A stretch of DNA of 64,000 nt from a bacterium (GTDB lineage: Bacteria; UBA8248), in assembly GCA_965202625.1 (NCBI GenBank), contig CBDBBI010000010.1, forward strand, positions 2,441,142 to 2,505,141. Reading direction: 5' to 3'. Made by a program: the position numbers and the translations under genes. The notes below the pieces were generated by a model. The model saw only the letters and a list, made by a program, of their open reading frames with translations. It was not told the DNA's origin and did not search any database. Position 1 is the stretch's first letter. Every line of letters starts with the position of its first letter. Shown here piece by piece: positions 29,373-37,757 of the stretch.

Positions 29373-32300
29373 ATGAGCACTGAATCAGACCCCACCCGGT
29401 CGGCTCCTCTCGTCCGGGCTCTGGTTTTCATCACGTCCTGGCTGTGCGTGCTCTCTGGCTTGTACCACATTTCGGCAGTCTATCTGCGGCCCTTGCCAGG
29501 CGAGATGCACCCCAACATGCACATGCTGCTCGCTTACGCCATTCTTCTCATCGGCGGCGCCGGGGCGATGCCCCAGATTTACGGAGACAAGATTCGGAAG
29601 TTGCAGTTTTTGCCCGTTTTGTATCTTTTCTCTTTGGTTCCCGCCGTTATTTTTTACTATTTCGTCTATGAGATGGGAGAAGACTGGTCCGACGCGAGCG
29701 TTTGGTGGGTGTATGCGCTTCCGTTTTTCATATGGATGGCGATGATGGTCATGGAGAAGTCGTGGCTCGCGCTCCTGCTCTGGATTTTGGGCTTTGCTCC
29801 GGCACCGATACTGTTCTGGTATTGGGATTCCCTGCCCGAGAGCACGCATGAGCCCACGTTCTGGTGGCTGCTGGTCGCGTGTTCCGTCATTCCTGCGATG
29901 TGGACCTTGTTCGCGATTTTTTTCAGACCCGCCGAGGGCGTGAGAAAAGCGGGCGTCTTCCTCGTGGTGTTTTTCGTGGCGCTCATCCTGGGCGGGTGGC
30001 GGATAGGTTTGTGGGCCGCGCAGAGCGATGCGGTGCGAAGCGTGTTTTACCTTTGGCCGGTCGCCATATGCGCTTTTCCGCTTTTTTGGGCGAAAAAACG
30101 CGCCAAGGAGGTATTTGAGGCTTATCCGGCACACCCTTTTCCGGCGGGATTCACGATCGGGCTGAACGCCGGAATGCTTTTCTTCGTGGCTACCGCCTGT
30201 CTGTATCTTTTCTACTACCATGAAGACATGGTGGACCGCCCCGGCGCGCCGACGATCGGCGATGCGCGCGTTGGCTTCGTCATGCTCGTCGTCGCCCTCG
30301 AACTGACGAGGCGCTGCTTCGGCCCCCCGCTTCCGACTTTGGCGGTTATCGCCTTCGCCTATGGGGTCTGGGGCAATCTGTTCGCCCCTCCATTCGGGCA
30401 CGGCGGCCATACGTGGCTCGAGCTTCAGGCGAAACTCTCGACCGATTTCATCGGAGGCGTTTTGGGTTTTCTGGTGGTCATCTCGGCCACGTTCATTATC
30501 ATGTTCTTGATCTTGGGGGCGTTCCTGCACGAATCGGGCGCCGGACGCTTTTTCGTAAATTTCGCCTTGGGCCTGTTCGGAAAGATGCGCGCGGGCGCGG
30601 GCCTCGCCGCGGTGGGATCAAGCGCGCTCATGGGCACGGTATCGGGCAGCGCTTCCGGCAACGTCGTCACCACCGGCACGTTCACGATTCCGCTGATGAA
30701 GCGCATCGGACTGAGTCCGCACATTGCCGGGGCGGCGGAGGCGGCGGCCAGCAGCGGCGGGCAGATCATGCCTCCCGTCATGGGCGCGGGCGCCTTCATC
30801 ATGAGCGAACTCATTGAGGTGCCGTATTTCCAGCTCATCGGATACGCTACCATTCCGGCGATTTTGTATTTCACCATCGTGGGGATCAACATCCACTTCG
30901 CGGCCGGGGCGCTGAACATTCAGCCGTTGCCCAGTTCCGAGATTCCGAGCTGGAGGGCGGAGCTGAGAGACGGGTGGTTCTATCTCGTGCCCCTGGCGTT
31001 TTTGGTCTATTTCCTCTTTGAGGGCAGAACGCCCGTGTTCGCCGGTGTGATGTCGGTTTTCATCATGGTGGGGGTGTGGTTTTATCGGAACGTGGTGGAA
31101 TTTCTTGGAACATTGCGGAAGGGCGAGAAGACCATCCCCGATGAGATTTTCGTTTTCGTGCCGGTGACGTTCTGGGTTTTCGCGTTCTTCCTTTTTGGAC
31201 TTCTCACGGTTTTGGAGTGGGGTCTCGCGCTGCCGCTGGGAATGTATGGAGCACCCACCTGGGGCGGGGCCATGCGCGCCGCCCTGGCGTTGGGCGTCGC
31301 CGGCTTCGTCCTCCTCAGCGTTTTCACCCGCGCTCTCTCCTGGGCGGGCGAGTTTTGGGCGGAGACAGAGCGCAATTGGCTCGGCATCTTCCCGCTCGCT
31401 TTTCTGGGCTTGTGGGGCGTTTTCGGCCTCTCCTCGGGCGTGATCGGAGCCGCCGTTGTTCTGGCTCTCCTCGGCGCGCGCGCCGTCCTCAAAGGCAACG
31501 CCCCGCAGCCCGCCGCGACCATACCCTGGTATTTCGCCATGATTTGGGTGGGCGCCTATTACGTCCAGACGGGGCTCTACGCGCTCCTTCCGGGGCTTGC
31601 GAACTTTGGCGAATGGTTCACCCCCTTCGGGTTCATCTACCACGCGCTCATCTTTTTCGGTCTCGCCGTGATCGTGCAGAAGGTCATTCTTTCGTTTGGT
31701 TCGCAGGCGGCGGAAGCGGATAGGCAGACGCCGAGCGTCAGGCAGGTGCTGGCCGTATCCTGTAATCCGTTCACCTATCTGGGATGGGCGAACAAGGGGG
31801 GCGAGACGGGAGCGGGGGTGCGCGCCGCCCAGGGTGCCTCCAGGTGGATTTTGAGCATCCGCGACGCCTTGCGGGTGGGGGGCAGGCAAGGGGCGGAATT
31901 CGCCGTGACGCTCGCCACCATTGAAGTCGTCGTCCAGGTACTGACCATCACGGGCGTGGGCAACAAGTTCGCCTTCATGATAGAGGCTCTCTCCAAGGAC
32001 TTATGCCTGTTCGGGGCGGCGGCCGGCGGCGGGTGTGCGTATTACATCGGTCTTGACGGCTTCTTCGTCGCCTTGCTGCTGACGGCGGTTTGCTGCGCGA
32101 TTCTGGGCATGGGGATGCCGACGACGGCCGCCTACGTGCTGCTCGCCATTCTGGGCGGACCCGTGCTGATCAAACTCGTCGGCCCCGAGCTCACGCACGT
32201 CTATGGAGCGGAGTGGACGCAAGCGTTCGTGGCCGCCAAAGGCGACCGGGTGGCCGCCCACATGTTCATCTTTTATTTCGCGATACTCTCCGCCATCACT

Positions 32301-32714
32301 CCGCCCGTGGCGATAGCCTCGCTCGTGGGGGCCAAGCTGGCGGGGGCGACTTACTTCAAGACGTCCATGATGTCGCTGCGCTTCGCCATCGTGGGCTTCA
32401 TCGTTCCCTTTTTGTTCATGTTCGACCCGGCTCTGCTCACCTTCGGACATCCGGCGCGCGTCGCCCTTTCCGCGTCCATGACCCTTCTGGGCTTCGTCGC
32501 CTTCTCGGCCGGAACGCAGGGCTGGCTTCTGGACAGGCTCCATGGATACGAGCGCATTCTCTTGTTCGTCTGTTTCGTCTCGCTCATCCTGTTCGTCATC
32601 TTCTTCAGCTTCGCCATGCTGGCGACGGGCCTGGTGTGCGGAGGCATTCCGCTCGTCCGGCAAATGCGGGACAGGGGGGCAAGCGCGGGACAGGAGGGGA
32701 GGCTGAACGCCTGA
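29373..32714 (+). CDS. TRAP transporter fused permease (TAXI-associated 4TM/12TM fusion), unusually large (1113 aa)
   Basis: Highly hydrophobic, >25 predicted TM segments; divergent from the TAXI SBP gene. Confidence 0.75.
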   Translation: MSTESDPTRSAPLVRALVFITSWLCVLSGLYHISAVYLRPLPGEMHPNMHMLLAYAILLIGGAGAMPQIYGDKIRKLQFLPVLYLFSLVPAVIFYYFVYEMGEDWSDASVWWVYALPFFIWMAMMVMEKSWLALLLWILGFAPAPILFWYWDSLPESTHEPTFWWLLVACSVIPAMWTLFAIFFRPAEGVRKAGVFLVVFFVALILGGWRIGLWAAQSDAVRSVFYLWPVAICAFPLFWAKKRAKEVFEAYPAHPFPAGFTIGLNAGMLFFVATACLYLFYYHEDMVDRPGAPTIGDARVGFVMLVVALELTRRCFGPPLPTLAVIAFAYGVWGNLFAPPFGHGGHTWLELQAKLSTDFIGGVLGFLVVISATFIIMFLILGAFLHESGAGRFFVNFALGLFGKMRAGAGLAAVGSSALMGTVSGSASGNVVTTGTFTIPLMKRIGLSPHIAGAAEAAASSGGQIMPPVMGAGAFIMSELIEVPYFQLIGYATIPAILYFTIVGINIHFAAGALNIQPLPSSEIPSWRAELRDGWFYLVPLAFLVYFLFEGRTPVFAGVMSVFIMVGVWFYRNVVEFLGTLRKGEKTIPDEIFVFVPVTFWVFAFFLFGLLTVLEWGLALPLGMYGAPTWGGAMRAALALGVAGFVLLSVFTRALSWAGEFWAETERNWLGIFPLAFLGLWGVFGLSSGVIGAAVVLALLGARAVLKGNAPQPAATIPWYFAMIWVGAYYVQTGLYALLPGLANFGEWFTPFGFIYHALIFFGLAVIVQKVILSFGSQAAEADRQTPSVRQVLAVSCNPFTYLGWANKGGETGAGVRAAQGASRWILSIRDALRVGGRQGAEFAVTLATIEVVVQVLTITGVGNKFAFMIEALSKDLCLFGAAAGGGCAYYIGLDGFFVALLLTAVCCAILGMGMPTTAAYVLLAILGGPVLIKLVGPELTHVYGAEWTQAFVAAKGDRVAAHMFIFYFAILSAITPPVAIASLVGAKLAGATYFKTSMMSLRFAIVGFIVPFLFMFDPALLTFGHPARVALSASMTLLGFVAFSAGTQGWLLDRLHGYERILLFVCFVSLILFVIFFSFAMLATGLVCGGIPLVRQMRDRGASAGQEGRLNA

Positions 32715-32761
32715 GTCAAAAGGGATTCCCCCGTCCTTTTCTCTTTTTTGAGGCACAGACC

Positions 32762-34000
32762 ATGCTCTTTCATCGGGAACGCGCCCTTGGGTTCATGGAG
32801 AGGTTCGACCTCGACGCGCTGATAGCGACGACGCGGCACAACGTCCTCTATCTCTCCGGCTTTCAAGGGTGGGCACAGGAGACCTACGGAGACGCTGTGA
32901 CGGAGACCTTCGCCCTGTTCTTTCGGAATCCGTCCTCTCCGCCCGCCCTCATACTCTCCCGGCAGGACGAGACCTACTACGCGGCCATGGGTTCATGGAT
33001 AGAGGACGTGCGGGGGTATGGCCCCCGCTCGGCACTCGACGTGCCGCCCGGCGAGAGAGGCACCAACGAGGAGGAGAGGAATTACGTATCCCTCATCGCC
33101 GAGGACGCCCCGCGCGAGGGGAGTGCGACGGACGCCCTTCTCAGAGTTTTGCGGGAGCGGGGCCTATCGAGCGGCAGGGTGGCACTCGACGGCGAGGGGG
33201 TGCGCCCCAGCACGCGCGCGCGCGCCGAGGCGGCTGTGCCGGGCGCGTCTTTTCTGGACGCCTCTCAGTTGTTTCGGCTCATTCGCCTGCAAAAGACGCC
33301 GGAGGAGGTCGAGCGGATGCGGGCCGCCGCGCTTTTGAACGAGCGGGCGGTCGCCGCCTTCCATGCGGAGATGGCCCCGGGGCGCACCGAGCGCGAGGCG
33401 GCGCGCCGTTATTATCGGACCGTCGCCGAGGGCGGCGGGAAGTGGAGCTGGTTTCACCTGGGCGGCGGCAGGCGCTCGGCCTCCATTTTTCCGCCCTCTG
33501 ACAGGAGGTTCGCAGCAGGCGACGGCTTTTTCTTTGACGCCGGAATGCGGCTGAACCACTACTGCGCGGACGTGGGCTGCTGCGGTTCGTTCGGCGAGCC
33601 GGACGCGGAGCGCAAGGCGCAGTGGCGCGCGATTCAGGCGGGGCTCGAGGCCGCCCTGGGCGCGATCAGGGCGGGAGTGCGGCCCTCCGCTATTTTTCGC
33701 GCGGCGGTCACAGCGGCGAGAAAATCCGGGCTGCCCCGCTACAACGGCTCCTTCTGCGGACACACCATCGGAATCGAGGCGCGCGAGCTGCCCTGGACGC
33801 TGAGCGAGCCTGTCAAGCTCGACGACCCGTTTCTGCCTCCCGATTCGGACATTCCGCTGCCCGCCGGCGCCGTGCTCTCGGTGGAGTTGCCTTCCGGCAG
33901 GTTCGGCGAGGGCGGCGTCCACGCGGAATACACCGTCCTCGTCACCGAGACGGGCATGACGCACCTGGGCGAACCCGCGCGCGAACACGTCGTGGTGTAG
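32762..34000 (+). CDS. M24-family metallopeptidase (creatinase / Xaa-Pro aminopeptidase-like)
   Basis: Creatinase N-terminal domain followed by pita-bread domain with metal ligands (DAGMRLNHYCADVG..., HTIGIEARE, ...VELP). Confidence 0.75.
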   Translation: MLFHRERALGFMERFDLDALIATTRHNVLYLSGFQGWAQETYGDAVTETFALFFRNPSSPPALILSRQDETYYAAMGSWIEDVRGYGPRSALDVPPGERGTNEEERNYVSLIAEDAPREGSATDALLRVLRERGLSSGRVALDGEGVRPSTRARAEAAVPGASFLDASQLFRLIRLQKTPEEVERMRAAALLNERAVAAFHAEMAPGRTEREAARRYYRTVAEGGGKWSWFHLGGGRRSASIFPPSDRRFAAGDGFFFDAGMRLNHYCADVGCCGSFGEPDAERKAQWRAIQAGLEAALGAIRAGVRPSAIFRAAVTAARKSGLPRYNGSFCGHTIGIEARELPWTLSEPVKLDDPFLPPDSDIPLPAGAVLSVELPSGRFGEGGVHAEYTVLVTETGMTHLGEPAREHVVV

Positions 34001-34014
34001 AGGTGCACAGGACG

Positions 34015-34160
34015 CCCGACGCCCTGCCTTGAACGGGTTTTGCAACGCCCTTTCACGGCCGTTTCACAAGCCGTTCACGCCCCGAAAAACGGCTTTTCCA
34101 GGCCATGCAATGTTTTTGTCCGGCTACGCTGCGCCCTTTATCTGAACCGCGCGTTCACGT
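34015..34160. repeat. ~145-bp conserved 3'-flank module of ankyrin gene unit (copy 1)
   Basis: Near-identical to 36450-36595; contains imperfect hairpin GCCGTTTCACAAGCCGTTCACGCCCCGAAAAACGGC. Confidence 0.7.
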
Positions 34161-34884
34161 CCATTCCGGCCTTGATGAGCACGTCCGCGACACCGGGCGT
34201 ATTGAACACCGCCGCGTCCAGCAGGGGCGTCATTCCGCCCTTGTCCCGCGCGTTCACGTCCGCTCCGGCCTTGATGAGCGCGGCCGCGAATTCGGGCGTA
34301 TTGAACACCGCCGCCAGGTGCAGGGGCGTCATTCCGCCCTCGTCCTCCCGCGCGTTCACGTCCGCTCCGGCCTTGATGAGCACCGCTACGACTTCGGGCG
34401 TCTTGCTGTATTTTGCCGCCTGGTGCAGGGGCGTCCATCCGGCTTGCCATCCTGTCTTGATCCGCGCGTTCACGTCCGCTTCGGCCTTGATGAGGGCGGC
34501 CACGACTTCGGGCGTATTGAACCCCGCCGCCCGGTGCAGGGGCGTCCCTCCGAACTTGTCCCGCGCGTTCAGGTCCGCTCCGCGCTTCAGCAAAGCCTTC
34601 ACGACACCGGGCGTCTCGCTGTATCTTGCCGCCCGGTGCAGGGGCGTCGCTCCGATCTTGTCCCGCGCGTTCACGTCCTTGCCGTACGCAATACAACGAG
34701 AAACGTCCGCCGCCGAAGCGCGCTTGAAGAACGCCTTGGTGGGCCATCCTTCAGTGTACAATCCTTCGCACGAGACCTGCGCCGCCAGAGCGGGCGCACC
34801 GGGCGTCAGGGCCAACAAAAGAAAAAACGTCGCTGGAAAAAACCTCCTTATCTTTTTGCTCCTTTTTCCTGCTCGCAACCGCAA
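34138..34884 (-). CDS. ankyrin-repeat protein paralog A (degenerate: canonical ATG is ATA, only TTG start available; divergent N-motif; C-terminal conserved motif lost by deletion) - possible pseudogene
   Basis: Signal-peptide-like FFPATFFLLLALTPGAPALAAQ then ANK repeats (TPLHRAARYSETPGVVKALLKRGADLNARD...). Ends ...DVNARFR* where paralogs have a further C-terminal domain ending ...RLNEGRFK*. Confidence 0.5.
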   Translation of the reverse strand: MRLRAGKRSKKIRRFFPATFFLLLALTPGAPALAAQVSCEGLYTEGWPTKAFFKRASAADVSRCIAYGKDVNARDKIGATPLHRAARYSETPGVVKALLKRGADLNARDKFGGTPLHRAAGFNTPEVVAALIKAEADVNARIKTGWQAGWTPLHQAAKYSKTPEVVAVLIKAGADVNAREDEGGMTPLHLAAVFNTPEFAAALIKAGADVNARDKGGMTPLLDAAVFNTPGVADVLIKAGMDVNARFR

Positions 34885-34934
34885 AACGCCGCTCTCCGAC
34901 CGGAGAGGCGCACCTTATCTGAACCGCACCTCGT

Positions 34935-36302
34935 TCACGGTATCACGCATCCTTCTCGTTTGAAGACGCATTCGTTGATCCGCTCTCTCCCATACCTGTA
35001 TTCGTTGAGCCACTCTCTCCCATACCTGTATTTTTTCTTTCTCTCTGCGATTGATAATTCCTTCATTCTTTCTCTCATTCTTTCTCTCTCTCCTTTTGCG
35101 ATTTTTATTTGCCACGGCGTTTTGCCGTCTTTGTTTTTTGCCGCCCGGTCTGCTCCGGCCTTGATGAGCGCGGCCACGACTTCGGGTGGATGGGTCCTTC
35201 TGCTCCACGACCGCCAATTCGCCTGCGCAGCCGCGTGCAGGGGCGTCCATCCGTCCTTGTCTCGCGCGTTCACGTCCGCTCCGGCCTTTACGAGCGCTGC
35301 CACGATTTCGAGCGTCTCGCTGTCTCTCGCCGCCCAGTACAGGGGCGTCTCTCCGTCCTCGGTCCGCGCGTTCACGTCCGCTCCGGCCTTGATGAGCGCG
35401 GCCGCGACTTCGAGCGTCCCTCTCTTCGCTGCCCAGTACAGGGGCGTCTCTCCGTCCTCGGTCCGCGCGTTCACGTCCGCTCCGGCCTTGATGAGCGCGG
35501 CCGCGACTTCGAGCGTCCCTCTCTTCGCTGCCCAGTGCAGGGGCGTCTCTCCGTCCTCGGTCCGCGCGTTCACGTCCGCTCCGGCCTTGATGAGCGCGGC
35601 CGCGACACCGGGCTTCTTGCTGTATCTTGCCGCCAGGTGCAGGGGCGTCCTTCCGAACTTGTCCCGCGCGTTCACGTTCGCTTCGGCCTTCAGGGGCGTC
35701 TCCACGACACCGAGCATCTTGCTGTCTATCGCCGGCATCGGTATGCCCAGGGGCGTCCATCTGCGCTTGTCCCGCGCGTTCACGTCCGCTCCGCGCTTCA
35801 GCAAGGCCTCCACGACACCGGGCGTTTGGCTGAACTCCGCCGCCCAGAGCAGAGGCGTCTCTCCGTGCTTTTCCCGCGCGTTTGGGTCCGCTCCGGCTTT
35901 CAGGAGCGCTGCCACGACACCGGGCGTCTCGCTGAGTGCCGCCGTGTGCAGGGGCGTCTCTCCGTATTTAGTATCCCGCGCGTTCAGGTCCGCTCCGGCC
36001 TTTACAAGTGCCGCTACGACACCGGGCGTCTGGTTGAACCTCGCCGCCCGGTGCAGGGGTGTCCATCCATTCTTGTCCCGTGCGTTCACGTTCGCTCCGG
36101 CTTTCAGGAGCGCGGCTACGACCTCGGGCGTCTCGCTTTGCTCCGCCGCCCAGTGCAGAGGCGTCCATCCGGCCTTGCCCCGTGCGTTCACGTCCGCTCC
36201 GGCAGCAAGGCAGCGGGCAACGTCGGCCGCCGAAGCGTGCTTGAAGAATGCTTCTGTGTTCCATTCTTCGCATGAGACCTGCTCCCCCATGCGTTTCTTC
36301 AT
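34935..36302 (-). CDS. ankyrin-repeat protein paralog B (signal peptide deleted; C-terminus replaced by AT-rich low-complexity insert)
   Basis: MKKRMGEQVSCEEWNTEAFF... lacks the hydrophobic h-region present in paralogs; ~13 ANK repeats including two identical 33-aa repeats; 34960-35100 is an AT-rich imperfect tandem-repeat tract that shifts the frame before the conserved NE.RF(K/R)* end. Confidence 0.6.
   Translation of the reverse strand: MKKRMGEQVSCEEWNTEAFFKHASAADVARCLAAGADVNARGKAGWTPLHWAAEQSETPEVVAALLKAGANVNARDKNGWTPLHRAARFNQTPGVVAALVKAGADLNARDTKYGETPLHTAALSETPGVVAALLKAGADPNAREKHGETPLLWAAEFSQTPGVVEALLKRGADVNARDKRRWTPLGIPMPAIDSKMLGVVETPLKAEANVNARDKFGRTPLHLAARYSKKPGVAAALIKAGADVNARTEDGETPLHWAAKRGTLEVAAALIKAGADVNARTEDGETPLYWAAKRGTLEVAAALIKAGADVNARTEDGETPLYWAARDSETLEIVAALVKAGADVNARDKDGWTPLHAAAQANWRSWSRRTHPPEVVAALIKAGADRAAKNKDGKTPWQIKIAKGERERMRERMKELSIAERKKKYRYGREWLNEYRYGRERINECVFKREGCVIP
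35367..35564. repeat. two 99-bp tandem copies (1 mismatch) encoding identical ANK repeats inside paralog B; a third more diverged copy precedes
   Basis: Direct reading: unit CGCGTTCACGTCCGCTCCGGCCTTGATGAGCGCGGCCGCGACTTCGAGCGTCCCTCTCTTCGCTGCCCAGTACAGGGGCGTCTCTCCGTCCTCGGTCCG repeated head-to-tail. Confidence 0.85.
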
Positions 36303-36449
36303 CTTTTTGCTCCTCTTTTGTTGCTTGCTCTTCACGTCATCGCCTCGCCTCCGGCGGGCGATGCGCCGGCGCTATCCAAACACCCCGCCGAACGGGAGAG
36401 AGGATGCGAAATATCGCATTCGCAAAGGCGTCTGCGGTTCCATCACGCG

Positions 36450-36595
36450 TGACGCCCTGCTTTGAACGGCTTTTGCAACGCCCTTTCAAGGCCGTTTCAC
36501 AAGCCGTTCACGCCCCGAAAAACGGCTTTTCCAGGCCATGCAATGTTTTTGTCCGGCTACACTGCGCCCTTTATTTGAACCGCGCATCATTCAGC
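36450..36595. repeat. ~145-bp conserved 3'-flank module of ankyrin gene unit (copy 2)
   Basis: Near-identical to 34015-34160, including last codons (...RFK*) and hairpin. Confidence 0.7.
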
Positions 36596-37698
36596 CGCCG
36601 ATAGACTTTCGTTTCCTTGAGCGCGGCGTTTTCTTTCGCGTAATCCCACGGCGTTTTGCCTGCTTGGGTTTTTGCCGTCGGGTTCGCTCCGGCATCCAGC
36701 AAAGCCGCTATGATTTCGGGCGTCTTGCTGTTCGCCGCCGCCAGGTGCAGGGGCGTCATTCCGTATTTAGTTCCCCGCGCGTTCACGTCTGCTCCAGCCT
36801 TCACGAGTGCTGCCACGACACCGGGCGTCTTGCTGTTCGCCGCCGCCGCCGCGTGCAGGGGCGTGAATCCATTCTCGTTTCGCGCGTTCACGTCCGCTCC
36901 GGCTCTCGCGAGAACCGCTACGACACCCGGCGTCTTGCTTTTCAACGCCGCCGCATGCAAGGGCGTCCATCCATCCTCGTTTCGCGCGTTCACGTTTGCT
37001 CCGGCGTTCACGAGCATTGCCACGACTTCAGGCGTCTTGCTGAACCCCGCCGCCAGGTGCAGGGGCGTCATTCTGCCCTTGGCCCGCGCGTTCACGTCCA
37101 CTCCGGCGTCCAGCAAAGCCTCCACGACTTCGGGCGTCTGGCTGACTATCACCGCCGTGTACAGGGGCGTCATTCCCTTCTCGTCCCGCGCGTTCGTGTC
37201 CGCTCCGGCCTTCACGAGTGCTGCCACGACACCGGGCGTCTTGCTTTTCGCCGCTGCCGCGTGCAGGGGCGTCCATCCATCCTCGCTGCGCGCGTTCACG
37301 TCCGCTCCGGCGTTCACGAGCACTGCCACGACTTCGGGCGTCCTGCTGAACACCGCTGCCGCGTGCAGGGGTGTCAATCCCCTCTTGGCCCGCGCGTTCA
37401 CATCGGCTCCGGCGTTCACGAGCGCGGCTACGACTTCGGGCGTCCTGCTGAACACCGCTGCCGTGTGCAGGGGCGTCAATTCGTTCTCGTCCCGCGCGTT
37501 CACGTTCGCTCCGGTCTCCAGGCAGCGGGAAACGTCCGCCGCCGAAGCGCGCTCGAAGAACGCCTTGGTGTTCCATCCTTCGCACCAGACCTGTGCCGCC
37601 AGAGGGAGCTGCGTCGCCCGAGGGGGTGCAGCACAGCCGACCATTAGGGCGAGCAAAAGAAAAAGCACTGCTGAAAACGTCCCCGTGCGTTTCTTCAT
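36571..37698 (-). CDS. ankyrin-repeat protein paralog C, signal peptide/possible lipoprotein (LALMVGC)
   Basis: AGGAGC RBS then MKKRTGTFSAVLFLLLALMVGCAAPPRATQLPLAAQVWCEGWNTKAFFERASAADVSRCL...; ~9 ANK repeats; C-terminal KTPWDYAKENAALKETKVYRRLNDARFK*. The upstream 220 codons in the ORF track are out-of-frame read-through of the neighbouring paralog and rejected. Confidence 0.75.
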   Translation of the reverse strand: MKKRTGTFSAVLFLLLALMVGCAAPPRATQLPLAAQVWCEGWNTKAFFERASAADVSRCLETGANVNARDENELTPLHTAAVFSRTPEVVAALVNAGADVNARAKRGLTPLHAAAVFSRTPEVVAVLVNAGADVNARSEDGWTPLHAAAAKSKTPGVVAALVKAGADTNARDEKGMTPLYTAVIVSQTPEVVEALLDAGVDVNARAKGRMTPLHLAAGFSKTPEVVAMLVNAGANVNARNEDGWTPLHAAALKSKTPGVVAVLARAGADVNARNENGFTPLHAAAAANSKTPGVVAALVKAGADVNARGTKYGMTPLHLAAANSKTPEIIAALLDAGANPTAKTQAGKTPWDYAKENAALKETKVYRRLNDARFK

Positions 37699-37757
37699 TT
37701 TTTTGCTCCTCCTTGGTTGTTTGTTCTTAACGTCATCGCATCGCCTCAAGGAGCGCT

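Noticed and set aside
29385-32866. Minus-strand ORFs 29385..30530, 30618..31889, 32001..32756, 32351..32866
   Set aside because: Antisense of the TRAP permease gene.
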